This document shows, one piece after another, positions 29,212 to 38,052 of a stretch of DNA of 64,000 nucleotides. A model generated the notes under the pieces. The model had not been told where the DNA came from, searched no databases, and saw only the letters and a list, made by a program, of their open reading frames with translations. Made by a program: the position numbers and the translations under genes. The stretch spans positions 21,167 to 85,166 of the forward strand of contig CBEUCJ010000004.1 in NCBI GenBank assembly GCA_965541615.1. Reading direction: 5' to 3'. This DNA comes from an uncultured bacterium. Its GTDB lineage: Bacteria > Omnitrophota > Gorgyraeia > Duberdicusellales > CBEUCJ01. How positions within the stretch are numbered: position 1 is the stretch's first letter; every line of letters begins with the position of its first letter.

Positions 29212-30447
29212 ATGAAAAGAAAATTTGTAATTACAGGAATTGGAGTGGTAAGTTCAGTTGGAATTGGAAAAGAAGAATTTTGGAATGCATTAAAAGAAGG
29301 CAGACAAGGAGTAAAAGAAATAGAATATCCTGAGTTAAAAGAATTAAAAGTAAGAAAAGCTTACCAAGTTTCAGATTTAGAACCTGCTAAGTTTTTAGGT
29401 CATAAAGGATTAAGGAATTTAGATAAGCCAACTAAATTACTGCTAATTTCTGCAAAGTTAGCTTTAGAGGATGCAAATTTAGAAATTACAGAAAAAAATA
29501 CAGATTGTGTAGGAGTAGTTACAGGCACAACTTTAGGGAGTATTCCTTCTATAACTGAGTTTAATAAAGAAGTTCTTTTGGAGGGAATAGAATTTTCAAA
29601 CCCTGCACTTTTTCCTAACACAGTAATAAATGCTCCCTCTTCTCAAATTTCTATAAGATTTGGTATTCAAGGGTTTAATACTACCATTTCTACAGGTTTT
29701 ACTTCAAGTTTAGATGCGTTAAAATACGCTTTAGATTTTCTGGAATTAGAAAAAGCTCAACAGATTTTAGTAGGAGCTGTAGAGAGTTTAGATTTTTCTA
29801 TTTACTTTGGATTTTATAAATTGGGGTATTTAGCAGGAATAAGAGGACCTGAGATTATGTGTCCTTTTGATAGAAGAAGAAATGGAGTAATTTTAGGAGA
29901 AGGAGCAGTGAGTTTAATTTTAGAGACAGAATCTGAAGCAAAAAAAAGAAAGGCGAAGATTTATGCTGAGGTCAAAAGTTGTGTCCAATTTTTTGATGGA
30001 TTTAGGTTAGGCAAAATTCATCCTCAAGGAGAAGGTTTAGAAAGAGCTATAAAGAAAGCTGTGGAGATATCAGGATTAGATTTAAAAGATTTTGATTATG
30101 TAAACTGTTCTGCAAACTCCACAAAAGATTTAGATAAGATTGAACTTAATGTTTTAGAAAAAACTTTTGGGAAAAGATTATTAAAAAAAATTCCAATAAC
30201 TTCTATAAAATCTATGATCGGTGAGACTTATTCAGCTTCTGGAGCTTTTCAGATAGCAAGTTGCGTAGGAAGTTTTGTAAAGGGATTTATTCCAAGAACT
30301 TTAAATTATAAAGAAAAAGATCCTCAGCTTCCAGAGGTTAACATAGTAACTGATGATATGATAAAAAGTAAAATAAATAATATTTTAATTTCATGTTTTG
30401 GTCCGGGAGGATACAACTCAGCTTGCGTAATAAGTAGATATTCTTAA
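29212..30447 (+). CDS. Beta-ketoacyl synthase-like protein with all three catalytic residues substituted (CLF/KS-beta-like, Cys>Phe, His>Asn, His>Glu)
   Basis: Thiolase-fold KS sequence, but TGFTSSLDAL where TACSSSL is expected, CSANST where HGTGT is expected, IGETYSASGA where IGHxxGAAG is expected. Confidence 0.75.
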   Translation: MKRKFVITGIGVVSSVGIGKEEFWNALKEGRQGVKEIEYPELKELKVRKAYQVSDLEPAKFLGHKGLRNLDKPTKLLLISAKLALEDANLEITEKNTDCVGVVTGTTLGSIPSITEFNKEVLLEGIEFSNPALFPNTVINAPSSQISIRFGIQGFNTTISTGFTSSLDALKYALDFLELEKAQQILVGAVESLDFSIYFGFYKLGYLAGIRGPEIMCPFDRRRNGVILGEGAVSLILETESEAKKRKAKIYAEVKSCVQFFDGFRLGKIHPQGEGLERAIKKAVEISGLDLKDFDYVNCSANSTKDLDKIELNVLEKTFGKRLLKKIPITSIKSMIGETYSASGAFQIASCVGSFVKGFIPRTLNYKEKDPQLPEVNIVTDDMIKSKINNILISCFGPGGYNSACVISRYS

Positions 30448-30454
30448 AATTCTT

Positions 30455-31189
30455 ATGCAGGAATTTAAAAATAAGGTAGTAATTATTACTGGTGGAACAA
30501 GAGGAATAGGAAAAGAATTAGTAATAAAATTTTCACAACAAGGAGCAGATGTAATTTTTACTTATTTAAAAAATAAGAGTTTGGCAAATAAGATGAAAAA
30601 AGAATTTAAAAATGTTCTACCTATCCAAGCAGATGTAAAAAAATATGAAGATTGCAAAAAAGTAGTTGAGAAGGTTTTAAAAAAGTTTAAAAAAATAGAT
30701 ATTCTTGTAAATAATGCAGGAATAAGAAGAGATAAATCATTATTAATGATGGATTTAGAGGATTGGAGAGAAGTTTTAGATACAAATTTAAATGGTGTTT
30801 TTAATATGTGTAAAGCAAGCATAGTCTGGTTTATGAAGCAGAAGTTTGGTTGTATAATAAATATAAGTTCAGTAAGTGGAATAATGGGGTTAGTAGGACA
30901 AACAAATTACTCAGCTTCTAAAGCTGGAATTATTGGTTTTTCTAAAGCTTTAGCAAAAGAATTAGCCTCTTACAACATAAGAGTAAATGTAGTAGCTCCT
31001 GGGTTTATAGAAACAGATATGACCAAAGATTTAAGAGAAGAGTTTAAGAAAGAAATGGTTAAATTAATTCCTATGAAAAGATTTGGAACTCCTTCTGAAG
31101 TAGCTGAGCTATGTTTATTTTTAGCAAGTAATAAAGCAAGTTATATTACAGGAGAAATTATAAAAGTAGATGGAGGTTTGTGTATATAA
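30455..31189 (+). CDS. fabG: 3-oxoacyl-ACP reductase (SDR)
   Basis: TGGTRGIG, NNAG, YxxxK (YSASKAG) motifs. Confidence 0.85.
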   Translation: MQEFKNKVVIITGGTRGIGKELVIKFSQQGADVIFTYLKNKSLANKMKKEFKNVLPIQADVKKYEDCKKVVEKVLKKFKKIDILVNNAGIRRDKSLLMMDLEDWREVLDTNLNGVFNMCKASIVWFMKQKFGCIINISSVSGIMGLVGQTNYSASKAGIIGFSKALAKELASYNIRVNVVAPGFIETDMTKDLREEFKKEMVKLIPMKRFGTPSEVAELCLFLASNKASYITGEIIKVDGGLCI

Positions 31190-31204
31190 AAAAGGAGAAA
31201 AGTC

Positions 31205-31462
31205 GTGGGTAAAAGAAAAGAAGTAGGAGATATTAAAAAAGAGATAAAAAAAGTTGTTTCAGAGATTGTAGAGGTTCCAGAATCAGAATTAAAAGAAGAT
31301 GCAGATTTCCAGGATTTGGGTGTTGATTCTATGATGGCTTTGGAGATTGTAGCTACTATTGAGAAAAAATTTAAGATAGTCATTCCTGAAGAGGAAATTC
31401 CAAAGGCTACTAACTTAAAAAAGATTTACGAGTTAGTAGAAAGACTTAAAAAGAAAAAATAA
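31205..31462 (+). CDS. Acyl carrier protein
   Basis: LGVDSM phosphopantetheine site; GTG start with AAAGGAG RBS. Confidence 0.8.
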   Translation: MGKRKEVGDIKKEIKKVVSEIVEVPESELKEDADFQDLGVDSMMALEIVATIEKKFKIVIPEEEIPKATNLKKIYELVERLKKKK

Positions 31463-31912
31463 GTGCAAGATATTAAAATAAAAAAAATTCTTCCTCACAG
31501 GTATCCTTTCATTTTTATAGACAAAGTAGAAGAGGTAGATTTAAAGAATAAAAAAATAATTTGCAAAAAGAAATTCAGCATCAGCGAGTATTTTTTCAAG
31601 GGTCATTTTCCACAGAATCCTGTCGCCCCAGGAGTTTTATTGATAGAAAGTATGGCTCAAAGTGCAATAATTTTATATGCAAGTATTTATCCTGAAATAG
31701 CTAAATTAAAACCAGATTATTATTTAGGAAAAGTATCTGCAAAGTTTTTGAATCCAGTTAAGATAGGAGATGTGCTAAAAATAGAAGTAAAAATGATCAA
31801 GTCTTTAAAAAATGCAGGTATTGTAGAAGCTGAATGTTTTGTTGAAGACAAAAAAGTATGTGAAGGTGTGTTAAGTTTTGGAGTAAAAGTAAATTCAACA
31901 TCAACTACTTAG
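31463..31912 (+). CDS. 3-hydroxyacyl-ACP dehydratase, FabZ-like hotdog
   Basis: LPHRYPFIFIDKV and HFP…PVAPGVL catalytic His motif; abuts ACP stop. Confidence 0.8.
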   Translation: MQDIKIKKILPHRYPFIFIDKVEEVDLKNKKIICKKKFSISEYFFKGHFPQNPVAPGVLLIESMAQSAIILYASIYPEIAKLKPDYYLGKVSAKFLNPVKIGDVLKIEVKMIKSLKNAGIVEAECFVEDKKVCEGVLSFGVKVNSTSTT

Positions 31913-31930
31913 CTAATTCTAATTTTTATT

Positions 31931-33151
31931 ATGAAAAGAAGGGTAGTAATTACAGGGTTAGGAGTAGTGAGTCCTATAGGGATTGGCAAAGAGGAATTCT
32001 GGAAAAATTTAATAAAAGGTAAAAGTGGAGTAAGAAAAATAACTCTGTTTGATACTTCTAAATTTAAAAGACATTATGCAGCAGAAGTTAAAAATTTTAA
32101 CCCTTCTCAATTCATAGATAAAAGAAAACTTAAATTTTTAGGGCGTTCATCTCAACTTTCAATCGTAGCTACAATTTTAGCTTTAAAAGATGCTAATATA
32201 AATTTCAAAGATGTAAATGGAGTATTAATAGGAACTACAATGGCTGAACATCAACAAGTAGAAGTGCTTTTGAAAGAGTGGTTTAAAGGAGATAAAAAAA
32301 TAGAGAAAAATAGAGTAGTTTTATCTCCTGCAAGTAATTTGAGTGCGAATACAGCTCAAAGTTTAAAAATAAAAGGTTTAAATATGCTTATTCCCACAGC
32401 TTGCTCAGCTGGAAATTATACTATTAGTTATGGATTTGATTTAATTAAAAAAGGTGATGCTGATTGCATAATAGTAGGAGGAGCTGATGCTTTGTCATTC
32501 ATTGCTTTTTCAGGATTTCAAAGATTATACGCAATGGCTCCTAAAGTCTGTCAGCCTTTTGATAAGAATAGAAAAGGTATGATATTAGGAGAAGGAGCAG
32601 GAGTTTTGGTTTTAGAATCTTTAGAGAAAGCTTTAAAAAGGAAAGCAAAAATTTATGCAGAAATTTTAGGGTATGGGTTATCTTGTGATGCTTATCATAT
32701 GACGATCCCTCATTATAAAGGAATAGAAAAAGCAATAAAAAAAGCTTTAGATTCAGCAAATGTTAGTCCTGAGGACATAGATTACATATGTGCCCATGGA
32801 ACAGGAACTATTCAAAATGATAAAGCTGAATGCAAAGCTATAAAAAATGTGTTTGGCAGAAGATATAAAAAGATTCCTGTGAGTTCTATAAAATCTATGA
32901 TTGGACATTGTATGGGAGCAGCATCTAGTATAGAAGCAGTAGCTTGTTGTTTGGCAATTGAAAATGGAGTTATCCCCCCTACCATCAATTTCCAAACACC
33001 TGATCCTGAATGTGATATAGATTGCGTTCCTAACAAATCAAGAAAAGCAAATTTAAGAATAGTCCTAAACAATGGATTTGCTTTTGGTGGAAATAATTGT
33101 TGTGTGGTTTTAGGAAAAGTCAATGATCAAACTTATAAATTGCATCATTAA
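31931..33151 (+). CDS. Beta-ketoacyl-ACP synthase (active KS; Cys-His-His intact)
   Basis: IPTACSAG (Cys), CAHGTGT (His), KSMIGHCMGAAS (His). Confidence 0.85.
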   Translation: MKRRVVITGLGVVSPIGIGKEEFWKNLIKGKSGVRKITLFDTSKFKRHYAAEVKNFNPSQFIDKRKLKFLGRSSQLSIVATILALKDANINFKDVNGVLIGTTMAEHQQVEVLLKEWFKGDKKIEKNRVVLSPASNLSANTAQSLKIKGLNMLIPTACSAGNYTISYGFDLIKKGDADCIIVGGADALSFIAFSGFQRLYAMAPKVCQPFDKNRKGMILGEGAGVLVLESLEKALKRKAKIYAEILGYGLSCDAYHMTIPHYKGIEKAIKKALDSANVSPEDIDYICAHGTGTIQNDKAECKAIKNVFGRRYKKIPVSSIKSMIGHCMGAASSIEAVACCLAIENGVIPPTINFQTPDPECDIDCVPNKSRKANLRIVLNNGFAFGGNNCCVVLGKVNDQTYKLHH

Positions 33152-33235
33152 GAAAAATAAAAAATAAGTAGTTCCTCGCATTTTTTAAAAATTTTTACTT
33201 TTAAATTTCTTTAAAAAACTTTTTAAATGAATACA

Positions 33236-33258
33236 GAAATCAGAGCTGTGATATAATA
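33236..33258 (+). promoter_or_regulatory. Candidate extended -10 promoter (TGaTATAAT) upstream of reductase gene
   Basis: TGnTATAAT seen about 10 nt upstream of ATG 33268; weak -35. Confidence 0.25.
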
Positions 33259-33267
33259 ATATAAAAA

Positions 33268-34380
33268 ATGGAAGAAAATAAAGTAGCCCTCCTTACAGGT
33301 TCTACAGGATTTTTAGGAAGTTTTTTAGCAAAAGAATTACTTGATAAAAATTATTTTCTTTATCTATTGGCTCGCCCTAAGAAAAATAAATCTGCATTTG
33401 AAAGAGTGATAGAAAGTTTGAAATTTGTTTATGAAGATGAATGGACTGATAAATTGTTATCTCGAATAAAAGTAATTTCAGGTGATATTACACAAGATAA
33501 TCTTGGGATTCATTCTAAAAAAGAAATAGAGGAACTCATTAAAGAGGTAGAGATTATATTTCATTCTGCTGCTTTAGCTGAGTTAAGGGTTCCTTTAGAG
33601 AAAATTAGAAAAATAAATGTGGAGGGAACAAGAAATATATTAAAGTTCGCTTTAAAATGTAAAGAAAAAGGGAGATTAAAAAAGGTAAATCATATAAGTA
33701 CAGCTTATGTAGTAGGTAAAAAAATAACTAATTTTAGTGAAGATATGTTAGATTTGGGTCAAGAATTTAATAATACATATGAGCAATCCAAATTTGAAGC
33801 AGAGCTTTTAATAAATGAATTTAGAGAAAAAGGTTTAAAGATTTCTATTTTTAGACCAAGTATGATAATGGGAGATTCCAAAACTGGAAAGACAAATAAA
33901 TTTAAAATATTTTATCAACTATTACATGCTTTTTCTTTAGAAATCTATAAAAAATTTCCAGCAAATTTAAAATCTACACAGAATCTAATAAATATAGATA
34001 CTGTAGCAAAAGCTGTAAGTATTTTAGGCGAAATAGAAGAAAATTCCACTTATCATATTGTGAGTCCAGAAGATACTTCTGTTGAATTTTTTATGAAATT
34101 AGTTTCAGATTATTTTGGATTTAAATTGCCAGAATTTATTCCTGTGGAAGAATTTAATTTTGACGAATGGAGTCCTGTTCAAAAAGCGTTGGCTGAGCCT
34201 TACATTCCTTATTTTAATTTTAAAACAAAATTTTTATCACAGAAAACTCAGCAGGCTCTTAAAAAATATAATTTTATTTATCCTAAGATTGATAAGAATA
34301 ATTTTTTTAATATTTTTGAATACTGGCATAAAAAAAGTTTCGTCAGGAAAAGCTTACATGGACCTCTTGCAATTAATTAG
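33268..34380 (+). CDS. Stand-alone thioester reductase-domain protein (fatty acyl-ACP/CoA reductase-like SDR)
   Basis: TGSTGFLGSFL (TGxTGFLG R-domain motif), YEQSK catalytic YxxxK. Confidence 0.7.
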   Translation: MEENKVALLTGSTGFLGSFLAKELLDKNYFLYLLARPKKNKSAFERVIESLKFVYEDEWTDKLLSRIKVISGDITQDNLGIHSKKEIEELIKEVEIIFHSAALAELRVPLEKIRKINVEGTRNILKFALKCKEKGRLKKVNHISTAYVVGKKITNFSEDMLDLGQEFNNTYEQSKFEAELLINEFREKGLKISIFRPSMIMGDSKTGKTNKFKIFYQLLHAFSLEIYKKFPANLKSTQNLINIDTVAKAVSILGEIEENSTYHIVSPEDTSVEFFMKLVSDYFGFKLPEFIPVEEFNFDEWSPVQKALAEPYIPYFNFKTKFLSQKTQQALKKYNFIYPKIDKNNFFNIFEYWHKKSFVRKSLHGPLAIN

Positions 34381-34941
34381 GTATCGTAGAACCATAAGAA
34401 AATATAAAGATAAATCACTTTCAAAAAAAATAATAAAAAGGATTATTATAGCTGGAAAATGGGCTCCTTCTCCTCATAATTCTCAACCATGGTTATTTGT
34501 GATAATAAGGAATGATAAGCTTAAGGAGGAACTTTTAAATTTGTTAAATAGATCTTCAAAAGAATTTTTGGTAGGCGTTAGAGTATTATTCAAGAATACT
34601 ATACAAATAATAAAAGAAGCTCCACTTATAATTTTAGTATACAATACAAAATCTCTCTCTCAAAAAGTTAAAAAATTAGGGAACCTTATTTTTCTAATGC
34701 TTATATTTCAGAAATACAAGGAATATCTTCTGCCATACAAAATATGTATTTGATGGCTACTTCTTTAGGCATAGGTATGGCTTGGTTGATGTTCCCATTG
34801 TTGGTTAAGGGAAAGATCAATAGATTACTTAAGATAAAAAAATATGAATTAGTTGCAATTTTAACATTAGGTTATCCTGCTGAAAGAGGAAAACGTTTAA
34901 AAAGGAAATCTTTATCTGAAATAGTAAAATTTATAGAATGA
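34358..34941 (+). pseudogene. Nitroreductase-family gene interrupted by a -1 frameshift in an A6 run near 34670-34676
   Basis: N-terminal part (RRTIRKY…PSPHNSQPW) and C-terminal part (AIQNMYLMATSLGIGMAW) are in different frames; one extra A restores …VKKIREPYFSNAY…. Confidence 0.6.
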
Positions 34942-34955
34942 GAAAAATAGAACTC

Positions 34956-35150
34956 TATGCAAGAAAGCACGATGCAATAATAAATAATAAATTGAAATGA
35001 AGATTAGAAGTTTAGTTGATGAATGTTATTTAGCAGAGACAGAATTGAAGGGTTCTTGATTGTTGAAAGAATGATAAGCTAGGAGGATAGTGGCACTTCT
35101 TTTGAAAGAGATGGATGTAAGGTTTATTGTAGAAGATTTATTAATCGTGT
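34956..35150 (+). pseudogene. Decayed ~190-nt duplicate of the 5' end (including ATG) of the CrtI-like gene at 36613
   Basis: By-eye alignment to 36612-36775 about 75-85% identical; frame contains stops (MQESTMQ*). Confidence 0.6.
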
Positions 35151-35170
35151 AAGACAAAAATAATTTGCTT

Positions 35171-36460
35171 ATGGAATTTGATTATATTATTGTAGGAGCT
35201 GGTTTAAGCGGATTAAATTTAGCAAAAGAGTTAGTAAATAGAAAAAAGAAGGTTCTAATATTAGAGAAGGGACAATTCTTAAATAGAGTAGGTAGAATTT
35301 TTTACGCAGCAGCTTTTTATGATAAATGTGCTCTGGCAAAAAGTAAAGAAGGAGTTCTTATTTATAGAGTCTTTGGTGTAGGAGGAACTAGTATAGTAAG
35401 TTGTGCCAATGCTGTAGAGCCCTCTCAGGATATAAAAGAAAAGTTTAAAAAGTTTGGTATAGAGTTTGAAAAAGAGATAAAGGAAGTGAAGAGAGAATAC
35501 CAAGTAAGTGTTAAAAATTTACCGGTAGGAAAAGTTTCTTTAAAGATCATGGAGATTGCTAACAAATTAGGATATGAAACGAAAATTATGCCTAAATTCG
35601 GTGCTTCAGGAGAGTGCAGATTATGTGGGAGATGTGTTTTGGGATGTAGATGGGGGGTAAAGTGGACAGCGTTAAAATTTTTAGAGGATATAGATGAGAA
35701 GAATTTTAAAATAGTTACTAATTTCAATGTTAAAAAGATAATTATCTCCAATGGGAAAGCAAAGGGGGTGGAAGGAAGCTATTTAAAGATAAGAAAAAAG
35801 AAGTTTTATGCTGATAGAATAATTCTAGCTGCAGGAGGAATAGGAACACCTGTTATATTGCAAAATTCAGGAATTGAGGCAGGTAATAACTTATTTGTGG
35901 ATTACTTTAATGTAACTTATGGAATTCATCCTTCGCTTACTCAGAAAAAGGAGCCATGTATGTCTGTGATATGTGATAAGTTCCATCAAAATGAAGGATT
36001 TATATTATCTCCTTTTGTGGATAATTTTGTAGGTTTTCTTTCGTCTGTAAAAAAGAAATATTTTTTTAGAGTTTTTAAACTGAATCAAATTTTAGGAATT
36101 ATGACTAAGATTAAGGATGAAGAAAATGGTAAAGTTTTTAAAAATGGAGTAATAAAAAAGGAGCCTACTCAAAGAGATTTAGAAAAGTTGGAAAAGGGCA
36201 GTAAAATTGCTAAAGAAATTTTGATTAAATGTGGAGTAATTCCTCATAGTATAATTGTAACCAAACCCCGTGGTGCTCATCCTGGAGGAACTGCAAGAAT
36301 AGGTGAAGTAGTTAACAATAAATTGGAGACACAAATAAAAAATTTATTTGTATGTGACGCAAGTGTTTTGCCAACATCTTTAGGGATTCCCCCAATGCTA
36401 ACATTAATTGCTTTAGGAAAATGGTTTGTGAAAAATGTTTTAATAGAGGGAGTTAAATGA
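35171..36460 (+). CDS. GMC-family FAD-dependent oxidoreductase (short form)
   Basis: DYIIVGAGLSG N-terminal FAD motif; C-terminal GAHPGGTARIG…CDASVLP GMC signature. Confidence 0.65.
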   Translation: MEFDYIIVGAGLSGLNLAKELVNRKKKVLILEKGQFLNRVGRIFYAAAFYDKCALAKSKEGVLIYRVFGVGGTSIVSCANAVEPSQDIKEKFKKFGIEFEKEIKEVKREYQVSVKNLPVGKVSLKIMEIANKLGYETKIMPKFGASGECRLCGRCVLGCRWGVKWTALKFLEDIDEKNFKIVTNFNVKKIIISNGKAKGVEGSYLKIRKKKFYADRIILAAGGIGTPVILQNSGIEAGNNLFVDYFNVTYGIHPSLTQKKEPCMSVICDKFHQNEGFILSPFVDNFVGFLSSVKKKYFFRVFKLNQILGIMTKIKDEENGKVFKNGVIKKEPTQRDLEKLEKGSKIAKEILIKCGVIPHSIIVTKPRGAHPGGTARIGEVVNNKLETQIKNLFVCDASVLPTSLGIPPMLTLIALGKWFVKNVLIEGVK

Positions 36461-36612
36461 GTTTTCTAAAAACACTAATATTTAATGTGGAAGACTTTAA
36501 GAAAGTATAAAATAGACAAGTTTCAAAATTAGATATTTTGCGAAAAAGAATGTTAGAAAAGTAAAATAATAAAAAAAGTGGTGAGGTAAAATTTGTATAT
36601 TATAAAAAACAC

Positions 36613-38052
36613 ATGCAAAAGAAATACGATGTAGTAATAATTGGAGCAGGAATTGGAGGTTTGGTTTGTGGATGCTATTTGGCAAAGGCAGGATTGAAGG
36701 TTTTGATTGTTGAGAAAAATGATAAGCCAGGAGGATATTGTACTTCTTTTGAAAGAGATGGGTATAGATTTGATGTGGGAGTGCATTATTTGGGAGGTAT
36801 AAAGAGAGGAACGTTAGGAAGAATTTTAGAAGAATTAGAAGTAAAGGATAATATAAAGTTTCGCCAGTTTGATCCTACAGATAAGATAGTTATGCCTGAG
36901 AATATAACTTATATAAGAGCGAACCCTTATGATACTATCAAAGAATTTAAAAAAAGTTTTCCTAATGAGAGAAAGAATATTGAAAGATTTTTTAAATTTG
37001 TGATGCAGAGGAATTTTTTAGAGATTTATAAAAAAATAAGAAAATTAACTTTTAAACAGATTTTAGATGCATTTTTCAACGATTATAAACTGAAAGGAGC
37101 ATTGAATGTATTATTAGGAAACATTGGAGTTCATGCAAGTATAGCTCCAGCTTTAAGTGGAGTGATTTTGTATAGAGAGTTTATTCTTGATCCAGGCTAT
37201 TATCCTGAAGGAGGGATGCAAAGTTTTTCTGATGCACTGGCTAAGAAATTTAAAGAGTACGGAGGAGAAATAATGTTTTCTGAAGAAGTGAAAAGGATTT
37301 TAGTGAAAAAGAAAAAAGTAGATAAAATTCTATTAAAGGGAAATAAGGAGATCTGTGGTAAAATAGTAATTTCTAATAATGATCCAAGACAAACCTTCTG
37401 TAGATTAATAAATATAAAGACTAAAGAATCTTATATTGTAAAGAAATTGCAATTAAGCCCTTCTATTTTTGGAATATATTTAGGAATAAATTTCAACCGA
37501 AAGAATGAGGTAAAAACATATCCCTGTGTGTGGATTTCTAGGATTTATGATTTAAATACCTCCTTTGTTCCTTCTATAGAAAGAATTGTAAAAGGTAAGT
37601 TTCTTTTATCAATGTTTACATTTTTCCCTATTTTACAAACCAAAGTTTCTATTGAAATATTTACATTAGTTCCTTTTGTTTCACATAGTTTTTGGAAGAA
37701 TCCACCAATGAGATTAGTAGAAGAGTTGATAAAAGCTGCCCAAAGAGAATTCGGTTTTAAAAAAAACAACTTAGAGATAAAGGAAATAGCTACTCCTGTA
37801 ACTTTTGAAAAATTCACTTCAAATACTCAAGGAGTAGCTTTTGGTTGGAAATCTACATTAAACCAAATAAAACTTTCTACATTTCCTTTAGAGACTTCTA
37901 TTAGAGGACTTTTTATAGCAAGTCAATGGGGGACTGTGGGGAGTGGACAAGGAGGGATTCCTAAAGTAGCTTTTTGTGGAAGAAAAACAGCTTATTTGGT
38001 ACTAAGTAAGTTAAAGAAAGAATGGCCATATTCTACACATTTGATAATGTAA
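36613..38052 (+). CDS. FAD-dependent oxidoreductase of the phytoene-desaturase (CrtI/CrtD-like) family
   Basis: YDVVIIGAGIGGL…VLIVEKNDKPGGY amine-oxidase/CrtI-type N-terminus. Confidence 0.65.
   Translation: MQKKYDVVIIGAGIGGLVCGCYLAKAGLKVLIVEKNDKPGGYCTSFERDGYRFDVGVHYLGGIKRGTLGRILEELEVKDNIKFRQFDPTDKIVMPENITYIRANPYDTIKEFKKSFPNERKNIERFFKFVMQRNFLEIYKKIRKLTFKQILDAFFNDYKLKGALNVLLGNIGVHASIAPALSGVILYREFILDPGYYPEGGMQSFSDALAKKFKEYGGEIMFSEEVKRILVKKKKVDKILLKGNKEICGKIVISNNDPRQTFCRLINIKTKESYIVKKLQLSPSIFGIYLGINFNRKNEVKTYPCVWISRIYDLNTSFVPSIERIVKGKFLLSMFTFFPILQTKVSIEIFTLVPFVSHSFWKNPPMRLVEELIKAAQREFGFKKNNLEIKEIATPVTFEKFTSNTQGVAFGWKSTLNQIKLSTFPLETSIRGLFIASQWGTVGSGQGGIPKVAFCGRKTAYLVLSKLKKEWPYSTHLIM

Noticed and set aside
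34115-34753. 212-aa ORF spanning the reductase 3' end and the nitroreductase
   Set aside because: Its first ~80 codons are an alternative frame over the end of the 33268 gene. The real nitroreductase begins at ATG 34358. The ORF is a chimera of frames created by the downstream frameshift.
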